DNA of 64,000 nt from Candidatus Aenigmatarchaeota archaeon (lineage in GTDB: Archaea > Aenigmatarchaeota > Aenigmatarchaeia > GW2011-AR5), in assembly GCA_016187335.1 (NCBI GenBank), contig JACPJW010000001.1, forward strand, positions 256,001-320,000, given 5' to 3'. Positions 56,314-64,000 of this stretch are shown here, in pieces (positions within the stretch are counted from its first letter, which is position 1; each line of letters opens with the position of its first letter). Below the pieces are notes generated by a model, which ran no database searches, had not been told where the DNA came from, and was given only the letters and a program-made list of their open reading frames with translations. The position numbers and the translations under genes were made by a program.

Positions 56314-57290
56314 ATCCTGTGACAACCCACGTTACGTACAGGCCTCATTATTGCGACAAAAGGTACGGGGAATACGTAGCCGACAGGATATACCACATGA
56401 GGCTTTTCAATATACCCAGAAACATCCCGGCCGTTTCAAACATAGTCATAGGCAGGATAAACTCATTCCTGCTGCCAAAGGATTCCGTATATCTGTGCAA
56501 CGGGGCGTTTGAGCTGTACCCGGTTTACTACAGGAAGCCTGGAGCGAAGGTCGTGACGATGATGAAGGAGCTCACTTTCTGGGCTTTTGATTCGATGCCA
56601 AGGTACAAGCAGGACTTTTTGAAAAAACTCTTCTCCGTCAACACTGGAATCATAACAGACACCGAAATGATGAAGGCGCTGATAGAAAGGCACATAGACG
56701 TCCGCATAGAAGTGGTGAATCCTTTCTGCGCGCAGCCGTTTCTTGAAAACAAGCCGGACCTTGAGGCGAAAAGGATTGCTTTCATAGGCTCTTTTGAATC
56801 TCCCAACAAAGGCTACAGTGAACTTCTGGATGCGTTCAAGCTGCTGAGGAAAGGCGATAAAGAATGGGAGCTCTACATGATAGGAAAGCGCGGGACAGAC
56901 TTTGTAAAGGAAAGTGTGGACGGGCTTCATGTGACAAACTTTGTGCCGTCGTTAAGGCCGTACCTGTCCAGATGCTCCATATACGTCCATCCGGCGCGTT
57001 TTGAGCCTTTCGGCATCAGCGTTTTGGAGGCCATGAGCGCCGGAGTCATCCCTGTTGTAACAAAGGCTACAGGGACTTCCGAGGTTCTGGAAAAAAACGG
57101 CCTGAAAAACCTTGTCATTGAAAGCAACAAACCTGGAGAAATCGTGTCGAAAATAAATGAAATACACAATTACAGCAAAGCCAGGAAAAAAGGCATTTCG
57201 GCAAAATGCAAGAAAATAATAAAGTGTGCGTATCTGGAAAAGGAAGGCCTGAAGGATTTCAAGAAGAAGTTCGTCCGCATCATACAGTGA
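56310..57290 (+). CDS. GT4 glycosyltransferase (paralog B)
   Basis: HPARFEPFGISVLEAMSAG. Confidence 0.85.
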   Translation: MNPVTTHVTYRPHYCDKRYGEYVADRIYHMRLFNIPRNIPAVSNIVIGRINSFLLPKDSVYLCNGAFELYPVYYRKPGAKVVTMMKELTFWAFDSMPRYKQDFLKKLFSVNTGIITDTEMMKALIERHIDVRIEVVNPFCAQPFLENKPDLEAKRIAFIGSFESPNKGYSELLDAFKLLRKGDKEWELYMIGKRGTDFVKESVDGLHVTNFVPSLRPYLSRCSIYVHPARFEPFGISVLEAMSAGVIPVVTKATGTSEVLEKNGLKNLVIESNKPGEIVSKINEIHNYSKARKKGISAKCKKIIKCAYLEKEGLKDFKKKFVRIIQ

Positions 57291-57311
57291 ACCAAATATT
57301 CCGTTGTATTG

Positions 57312-58601
57312 CTATAAATTAGCTTTAGGATTTGAGATGAATTCGTCAAAGCTTTCCCGGACGTACTTCATCTTCTCTTCGTTTATTCCGGGGTACACGC
57401 CGATGAAAAAGGAGTCGGTGAAGACCTTGTCGGAATTGGCCAGGCTTCCTGATGTCCTGAACTTGATTTTTGAATACGCCGAATGCCTCATTATGTTCCC
57501 GGCAAGGATGTATCTTGCCTCTATCTTCTTTTTGAAAAGAAAATCCATCAGCTGCTCTCTGGTGAAGAGTTTTTTCGCTTTCTCAGTCATCGTCAGCGGG
57601 AATGCAAACCATGACGGCTTTGCGCGGTTGTTGACCGTTCTTGGAAGAATGAAATAATCTTCATATTTTTTGAAAAACCTAAGAAGCAGTCCGAAATTTT
57701 CCTGCCTGATTTTGTTGAACTCGCCCAGTTTTCCCATCTGGACTATTCCTTTGGCTGCCTCAATTTCGCTGGCGTTAAAATTATATCCTATAGCTTCGTA
57801 AGTGTACTGCTGTATATAGTCGCTTCTTATCAGTCCCTGGTTAGGTATGTAATCAACGCTGGAATATTGCCTTCCCCAGTTTTTCAGGGACAGCGCCCTG
57901 ACGTAGAGTTCTTCGCTGTTCGTGATGAACATGCCGCCGCCCGCAGCCGAGATGTGATGGGAAGGGAAGAAAGAAAATGCCGCCGTATCGCCAAAAGTTC
58001 CCAGCATCCTGTTTCCGTAAAACGAGCCCAGCGCCTCGCAGCAGTCTTCCAGAAAAATCAGGTCGTGCTCTTCGACCAGATCCATTATCCTGTCCATGTC
58101 GGACATGTTGCCCAGAAGGTGCGGAATAATTATTGCCTTCGTTTTTTTAGTGACCGCGTTTTCCATCTGCTCGACATTTACATTGTATGTTCCTATGTCG
58201 CTGTCAGCAAGGACTATGTCCATTCCCTGCCTGATCGCCGGGTTTATTGTTGTAGGGAACGTCAGAGCCGGCGTGATTATCTCGCTTCCTTTTTCCAGCC
58301 CTAAGGATTCAAAAGCCAGGATCAGTGCAGACGATCCCGAATTGCAGAATATGGAATGCTTTGCATTAAAAAATTTCTCCATTATGTTTTCAAATTCTTT
58401 GGTCCGCCTGCCGTTAACCCACCATCCGTCAAGAACTGCGTTTATCATTTCAACCAGCTCTTTTTCGTCGTGCAGGGAGCCGCCGTAGCGAACAGGGGTA
58501 AGGCCGGGCTTGTTTGTTATTTCAAAATATTTCCTCGTTAAGTCGCCTATCTGCGACTTTATTTTTTCTGCTTCTGCATCGTTTTCTTTCTGTTCTTTCA
58601 T
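57312..58601 (-). CDS. DegT/DnrJ-family PLP enzyme, RfbH/DdhC/ColD-type NDP-4-keto-6-deoxysugar 3-dehydratase
   Basis: NSGSSA, TFPTT, LEDCCEALG, SFFPSHH (His in place of the PLP Lys), WGR and GYNF. Confidence 0.8.
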   Translation of the reverse strand: MKEQKENDAEAEKIKSQIGDLTRKYFEITNKPGLTPVRYGGSLHDEKELVEMINAVLDGWWVNGRRTKEFENIMEKFFNAKHSIFCNSGSSALILAFESLGLEKGSEIITPALTFPTTINPAIRQGMDIVLADSDIGTYNVNVEQMENAVTKKTKAIIIPHLLGNMSDMDRIMDLVEEHDLIFLEDCCEALGSFYGNRMLGTFGDTAAFSFFPSHHISAAGGGMFITNSEELYVRALSLKNWGRQYSSVDYIPNQGLIRSDYIQQYTYEAIGYNFNASEIEAAKGIVQMGKLGEFNKIRQENFGLLLRFFKKYEDYFILPRTVNNRAKPSWFAFPLTMTEKAKKLFTREQLMDFLFKKKIEARYILAGNIMRHSAYSKIKFRTSGSLANSDKVFTDSFFIGVYPGINEEKMKYVRESFDEFISNPKANL

Positions 58602-58633
58602 TCTTATCGCCTTGCGGAATTATACCAATAATC

Positions 58634-59758
58634 TTACACCGAAACTTTTTTATAGAAAGCCTGCCTTGTCTTCCTGAAATCAACTTCCTTTCTGGCTTTC
58701 ATGGAGTTTTCCTTGAGTTTTTTGTATAGCTTTTTGTCGTCAATTATTTTGACTATAGCGTCAGCCATGTCATGCTCATTTGGCTCTACAAGAATTCCGG
58801 AGCCGAACGACTTGACAACATCAGCATGCTGGCCGGTATTTGTTATCAGAATCGGGTTCCCGCACGCCATGTACTCAAAGGGCTTGATGGACAGTGTTTC
58901 CTTAAGGATAGGGTCGTCCCTGAACGGGACAACGGTCAGGTCAGATCCTTTCAGATATTCTATGGCTTTGTCGTGGTTTATGTAGCCTGTAATATGAATG
59001 TTTTTGTCGTTGCCGGCAAGCCCTCTTATGGATGCTTCTTGCGACCCTCCCCCTAAAAGCAGCAGCCTGGATTTTCTTTTTTTCTCGACTTTTTTGAATG
59101 CCTTTACGAGCATGTCAACGCCGCGCCAGGGGTCAAAAGACCCGAAGTAAGCGATTGTGAATTCTTTCCACATCCTTTTGGGCTTTATTTTTTCTATCGA
59201 AGCCAGGTCGGCGCCGTTCATGGCGAGAAATACGTTTTCATTATAGCGGGAATATTCTTTTTTGAGGTGCTCAGAGACGACAAAAACAGAATCGGCCGTT
59301 CTTACCGCCATTATTTCCAGGTATCGTGAAAACATCCAGTATAAGCCTATTAAGGGCGATTTTCTTTTCTGGTAAGTATGGTATAAAGCTGTCTGAGGGT
59401 CTACGCATACCACGTATACCTTTTTCCCGAACAGCTTCAGGAATGGCATCGTAAGCGCTGTAAAAAATGTCGGCGTCATGAAAATTATGAGGTCCTGCAA
59501 AAGCAAAAGCGGCAGTAAAAGAAATAGCGTGAAAGTGTAAACTAGGTGGTCGGCAGGGCCGACTTCTGTTATTTTCCTGCCTCTCAAAGGGAAGGGTATG
59601 ATAATCTTCCTGACATGCGCGTCGCTGTAGGAAGTATAGGACTTTATGGACATCCTTTTCCCTTTCCTGAAAAGCATTACAGTTACCTTGCCTTCCAGCG
59701 GCCCGAGCCACTCGTTAACGTAATCCGATTCATGCACGCCAAATATTCTCTTTTTCAT
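58634..59758 (-). CDS. GT4 glycosyltransferase
   Basis: YFGSFDPWRG and SIKPFEYMACG. Confidence 0.85.
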   Translation of the reverse strand: MKKRIFGVHESDYVNEWLGPLEGKVTVMLFRKGKRMSIKSYTSYSDAHVRKIIIPFPLRGRKITEVGPADHLVYTFTLFLLLPLLLLQDLIIFMTPTFFTALTMPFLKLFGKKVYVVCVDPQTALYHTYQKRKSPLIGLYWMFSRYLEIMAVRTADSVFVVSEHLKKEYSRYNENVFLAMNGADLASIEKIKPKRMWKEFTIAYFGSFDPWRGVDMLVKAFKKVEKKRKSRLLLLGGGSQEASIRGLAGNDKNIHITGYINHDKAIEYLKGSDLTVVPFRDDPILKETLSIKPFEYMACGNPILITNTGQHADVVKSFGSGILVEPNEHDMADAIVKIIDDKKLYKKLKENSMKARKEVDFRKTRQAFYKKVSV

Positions 59759-60933
59759 TTCAAACGCCCCGCACCTATGCGGTCATACATTTTTTCGTAT
59801 TCTTTCATTATTTTTTTAATTTCAAACGCCCTTGACCGCTTCAGTGATTTTTGAGCCATCTTCTTTCTTGTCTTTTCATCTTCAAGAAGGAGAATTACCT
59901 TGCCTGCAATATCTTTGAAATCCTTGGGCCTTGCAAGCATTCCATTATCGCCTACAATCTCCCTTAAAACATCCATATCCGTTGTTATTACGGGCAGTCC
60001 TGATGACATTGCCTCTGCTATGACCATTCCAAAGGACTCCCGGAGGGTTGGGAAGCAGAATATGTCCGAAGAAGCGTAGGCTGACGAGAGGCTTTCCTCG
60101 CTCAGGCCGCCCGTGAAGACGACGTTTTTCTGCAGGCCCAGCTCCTTGACCAATTCAAGCCACCTGTTCATGGCATCGTATTCAAAGCTGCCCGGTCCTA
60201 CGACAAGAAATTTGACTTCGGGGTGTTTTTTCCTGACGATGCTTGCCGCCCTGAGAAGGTATTCCACGCCTTTGTTGGGAATTAGTTTCCCTACAAAAAT
60301 AACTTTCGGCGGGCCTTTTTTTTCTTCCTTTTTCGGGGAGAATTTTCTGTTATCGACAAAGTTGTATATTCTCTGTATTTTCCGCGGATCCATCCCGGTT
60401 CTTCTTATTATGTTTTTTCTCATCGTATCCGAAACTGTCGTGACAAAATCCGACCTTTTCATGACAAAGCTTTCAATGGCAAGTATTACCCCGTTGAACA
60501 GGTCCATTTCCTTTTCCGGGACATTCCATGCGGGGTTGTGGCATGTGTAGACCAGTTTGCTGCCTGAAGGAAGAAGGAATTTCGCCGTTGCTATGGGCAG
60601 CGCGGAAAACACGGTGTGTGCATGGACTATATCGCACCTGTTCTTGCTGTTTATTTTCCTTATCTCCCTGACCGCGCGGGCGCCGAAAACAAGTTCCGTC
60701 AGCCTGAGAAGGAAAACGTTGCCGAATTTTGGCACCTTGTACCTCAGGTAAACCGCCCCGTCAACGATTTCCTTTTCTTTGCTGCTGCTTTCCTTTCTGT
60801 CCAGAACATAAACATCGAACTTGTTTTTCGGCATGAACCTTGAAATCTCGTAAATTATGATTTCCGTGGCGCCGCCTCTTTTCGGCGGTATCGGGACTAC
60901 TCCGGAGCCTATCATGACAACTGTTTTTTTCAT
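59755..60933 (-). CDS. GT4 glycosyltransferase
   Basis: VGKLIPNKG and ESFGMVIAEAMSSG. Confidence 0.9.
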   Translation of the reverse strand: MKKTVVMIGSGVVPIPPKRGGATEIIIYEISRFMPKNKFDVYVLDRKESSSKEKEIVDGAVYLRYKVPKFGNVFLLRLTELVFGARAVREIRKINSKNRCDIVHAHTVFSALPIATAKFLLPSGSKLVYTCHNPAWNVPEKEMDLFNGVILAIESFVMKRSDFVTTVSDTMRKNIIRRTGMDPRKIQRIYNFVDNRKFSPKKEEKKGPPKVIFVGKLIPNKGVEYLLRAASIVRKKHPEVKFLVVGPGSFEYDAMNRWLELVKELGLQKNVVFTGGLSEESLSSAYASSDIFCFPTLRESFGMVIAEAMSSGLPVITTDMDVLREIVGDNGMLARPKDFKDIAGKVILLLEDEKTRKKMAQKSLKRSRAFEIKKIMKEYEKMYDRIGAGRLK

Positions 60934-62090
60934 CGCATCACGCTCTCGTACACTTCAATATATTTCTTTGCGACGTTTTTCCAGTCGTATTGAGCTGCTT
61001 TTTTCAGGTTGTTCTCCCTTATTCTGCCGGCCGTTTTCCTGCTTTCCAGCAATTCTATGCATGCCTTTGCCACGGCTTTGCTGTCCTTTGGTTTGACCAA
61101 GAAGCCGTTTTTCCTGTTCCCGATAATTTCCTTGTTGCCGGCAACGTCCGTTGTCACGACGGGCAGGCCGGATGCCATGGCTTCAATAAGGGTGATGCCG
61201 AATCCCTCATACAATGTCGGGAAAACAAACAAGTCCGACGACTTCAGCGCGCCTATTTTTGCTTCTTCAGGCAGAAACCCCAGAAATCTGGCGTTGTTTT
61301 CTATGCCGAGATTCCTGCATTTGTCCTCCAGATCCTTGTTCTGCCTGTAGCCTATGAAAACCGCCTTTGCTTCAGGGAATTTATCCAGTATTTCCGGCAT
61401 CGCTTCAAGAAAATATTTCCACCCCTTCCGGCGCGTAGGCTGGCCGACAAAAAGGAGTATCTTGCCCTCTATATCCATCTTTTTGAAATAGTTTTTTCCG
61501 GCCTTCCTGTATTTTTCAAGGATTATTCCGTTTGGTACAACGGATATTTTGCCGGCATTTACGCCAAGCTTTATCAGTTCTGCCTTTTCCCATTCTGTCA
61601 GGGCAGTTATTTTGTCCGCCTGCAAAGGCAGATGTGCTAGCCAGTTTGCCGTGCGCCACGGGGATAAAAACGGGAAGCCTGCCTGTATATTTCCATTTAT
61701 TCCCGCGGAAAACGGGTCCTCTGTGTCCATTACAATATAGGGGTCGTGGAAAATGCCGTGGACAGTGAAAACCGTCGGTATGTTTTTTATTTTTTTTCTT
61801 ATAGTTGCGTAGCTCGATATAGGGGCCAGATGCCCGAGATGGTGCATGTGCACAAGGTCAAAATCCCTGCCGAGCATGTACAGGAGCGACGAGGGCAGGA
61901 CGGGGCTGAACCGCCTGACTTTTATGCCCTCGATTGTCTCTTCTGAAAGGGCATCATGCTTCTTCATCACGGAAGATGATGATATAACAGTGACATCGTG
62001 TCCCTTTCTGACAAGCTCTCTTGCAAGCCCGTATTCCGGAGTGTTCAAGTTCCTTATGACGCCCCCGCCTGAGGTCATCAGAATTTTCAT
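60930..62090 (-). CDS. GT4 glycosyltransferase
   Basis: EGFGITLIEAMASGLPVV. Confidence 0.9.
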   Translation of the reverse strand: MKILMTSGGGVIRNLNTPEYGLARELVRKGHDVTVISSSSVMKKHDALSEETIEGIKVRRFSPVLPSSLLYMLGRDFDLVHMHHLGHLAPISSYATIRKKIKNIPTVFTVHGIFHDPYIVMDTEDPFSAGINGNIQAGFPFLSPWRTANWLAHLPLQADKITALTEWEKAELIKLGVNAGKISVVPNGIILEKYRKAGKNYFKKMDIEGKILLFVGQPTRRKGWKYFLEAMPEILDKFPEAKAVFIGYRQNKDLEDKCRNLGIENNARFLGFLPEEAKIGALKSSDLFVFPTLYEGFGITLIEAMASGLPVVTTDVAGNKEIIGNRKNGFLVKPKDSKAVAKACIELLESRKTAGRIRENNLKKAAQYDWKNVAKKYIEVYESVMR

Positions 62091-62141
62091 AGAAATAGTT
62101 TCAGGGCAAGACTTAAATCCTGTTTAAATGATGTTTTCTTT

Positions 62142-62714
62142 ATGAATTTGTTCAGCACGCTTGTCAAGCCTTTGTGCCTCTGCAAGGCCAAGAAAATAGG
62201 AAAGCACTGCGGCCCTTACGTTAATGGAAGGGTTCTTGACGTGGGATCCGGCCGCTGCCTTATAGCAAAGGAGTTGCAGGAAAACTACAATGTCAGGATG
62301 ACCTGCATTGATGTTGATGACCTGAACGAAACCAGCCTGCCGCTGATTGTTTACGACGGCAAAAAAATACCCTTCGGCGGCGGCAGGTTCGATACAGTCC
62401 TGCTTGTGTACGTCCTCCACCACTGCGAAGACCCTGTTGCCGTTCTCAAAGAATGCAGGCGTGTCTGCAAAAACGGCGGGAAAATAATAATCTTTGAGGA
62501 TTTTGGTTTCATCTGGCTTACTTATTTTATGGACATTGTAGCAAACAGGCTCCATAACGTTGCAACGCCGCTTAACTTCAGGAGCAGGAAAGAATGGGAA
62601 AAAACGTTCAGAAGGCTCGGTTTCAGCCTGATTTATTCAGAAGACGGCGTGGAAAAACAGGTCTTCTATCCTTTTGTTGAGCATACGATGTTCGTGCTGA
62701 GGGTGAGGAAATGA
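62142..62714 (+). CDS. Class I SAM-dependent methyltransferase
   Basis: VLDVGSGRC and YVLHHCEDP. Confidence 0.85.
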   Translation: MNLFSTLVKPLCLCKAKKIGKHCGPYVNGRVLDVGSGRCLIAKELQENYNVRMTCIDVDDLNETSLPLIVYDGKKIPFGGGRFDTVLLVYVLHHCEDPVAVLKECRRVCKNGGKIIIFEDFGFIWLTYFMDIVANRLHNVATPLNFRSRKEWEKTFRRLGFSLIYSEDGVEKQVFYPFVEHTMFVLRVRK

Positions 62715-64000
62715 AATTTAAAGTCCGGAACTATCTGCCGGAAAACAAATTTCTCATATTGCTGATTATAGTTCTTTCATTAACAGGACCTGCCCATTAC
62801 GCCTTAAACTATTTCTTTCCTCCGGAAGGTACTGTCTTTGTCGGCTATACCGATGATGCTTACATGCTGACACTGATGAAATCTTGGGGAAATGATTTTA
62901 ACGACCCGTGGAGCTTTGACGGAGGGAAAGTATGGCATAATCCTCTTATAGGCTCCACGTATTTGTTCCTGATTCTTGGCCTGATCCCCTGGCTGCTTAA
63001 AATAAACTTGTATGTAGCCTTCGTTTTCTTCAAATTTCTTTTTGCCCTCATCTATTACATTGTTGTTTACAACCTGATTTCCGTTTTTGTGAAAGACACG
63101 AATAGGAGGAATATTGCCTTTGTTTTGTTTGCCCTCTCAGCAGGCATCGGTGGAATAATTTATATCTTGGCAAGATTGATTTTCGGCCCGACAGAATATT
63201 TAGGTTTGATAGGCTATGCTTTTACCAGAGAGTTTGACGAACTCGGGGCAGTTGCGCATTCGCTGACCCATGTATTCAGGCTTTATTATGTTATTCCTGA
63301 GACGACAGCTTACCTTTCGCTGCTGTTTTTTATTAATAACAGAAAGCTGATTTCAGGCTTCTTTCTCGGGCTTACATTCCTTTTGTATCCCATGCATGCC
63401 GTCTCTATGGCGATTGTGCTGCTCTTGTACGTTGTAATAAAAAATGGTTTCCGGGTCAAAGAAACTTTGCAGCAGTTATGGCCGGTTTATGGCATGGCCG
63501 CGCCGTTTGGTTTTGCATGGATAATACCCAGCCTGCAGAGGCCTTACTATTACGAGGCAACGAAGCTGGCATATGAAAATGTCCCGACATTAAACATAGC
63601 AGTAAGCTTTTTCTTTTCCCTGATGCTGGCAGCTTACTATTTTTATAAAAACCGTCCGGGGATATTTCCAAACAAGTTTTCTATCGGAATTCTTGCTGGT
63701 CTTCTGGTTTTGTTCTCGGTTGAGAACATGTACAAATATGTTTTATTTGCAGAAACTGCAGGCAATCCTTTTTTCAAGAACTTCATATCAGGCTTGGGTA
63801 TAAAATGGATTTTTGACGGCGCCTATAGTTACTCGTTTATCATAGAAATTTTGATGCTTGCAGCGGCGGTGGCCGTGGTATTTCAGCTGATAAAATCAAA
63901 ACTGGGTTTTGAAGCGAAATTTTTCGCTTCCTGGGCCGTTTCGTTCGTAGTCTTGTCGGGACTGGCTCCGCAAAACTTTGGTTACATCCTGAATCCCCTT
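62711..64000 (+). CDS. Polytopic membrane protein, possibly a GT-C-type glycosyltransferase; 3' end beyond the window
   Basis: The part I translated from ATG 62711 (MKFKVRNYLPENKFLILLIIVLSL...GYTDDAYML...) is open and rich in hydrophobic segments; I assume it continues to the window edge. The DD pair after TM1 is GT-C-like. Confidence 0.55.
   Translation, partial: MKFKVRNYLPENKFLILLIIVLSLTGPAHYALNYFFPPEGTVFVGYTDDAYMLTLMKSWGNDFNDPWSFDGGKVWHNPLIGSTYLFLILGLIPWLLKINLYVAFVFFKFLFALIYYIVVYNLISVFVKDTNRRNIAFVLFALSAGIGGIIYILARLIFGPTEYLGLIGYAFTREFDELGAVAHSLTHVFRLYYVIPETTAYLSLLFFINNRKLISGFFLGLTFLLYPMHAVSMAIVLLLYVVIKNGFRVKETLQQLWPVYGMAAPFGFAWIIPSLQRPYYYEATKLAYENVPTLNIAVSFFFSLMLAAYYFYKNRPGIFPNKFSIGILAGLLVLFSVENMYKYVLFAETAGNPFFKNFISGLGIKWIFDGAYSYSFIIEILMLAAAVAVVFQLIKSKLGFEAKFFASWAVSFVVLSGLAPQNFGYILNPL

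Overview
This window is archaeal chromosome, most likely a DPANN lineage (inferred from archaeal-type RadB, Cdc48, TyrRS, PolB3, TPI and class III signal peptide pilin, together with mosaic bacterial-type MetK and RpiB). From left to right it contains: (1) a nucleotide house-cleaning cluster (NUDIX, Ndt-like, MazG-like) interleaved with two tRNA genes that are hidden by multiple introns, tRNA-Val(TAC) with 3 and tRNA-Ser(GCT) with 2; (2) a four-subunit 2-oxoacid:ferredoxin oxidoreductase set with degenerate active-site motifs, interrupted by two opposite-strand genes and a box C/D sRNA; (3) pilin, metK, and an MPE-Lhr-PolB operon; (4) a divergent pyrD, a catalytically dead glutamine amidotransferase, map, and cdc48 carrying two inteins six residues apart; (5) an AT-rich mosaic island at about 26.0-30.7 kb with HicAB, an IS6-like transposase remnant and repeated end-like motifs; (6) radB, a broken vapBC, topA, serS, a frameshifted serB, tyrS, a beta-CASP nuclease and rtcA; (7) a large surface-glycan locus with a GDP-heptose pathway (HddA-GmhA fusion, GmhB, HddC), tpi/rpiB/rpe, SDR epimerases, a PLP 3-dehydratase, seven glycosyltransferases and two methyltransferases, divergent from an RHH-nucleotidyltransferase fusion. 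The most striking unexplained structure is a family of short hairpin repeats found both inside four of the five tRNA introns and free in intergenic regions. No CRISPR array or rRNA gene was seen. All annotations come from motif reading without database searches.
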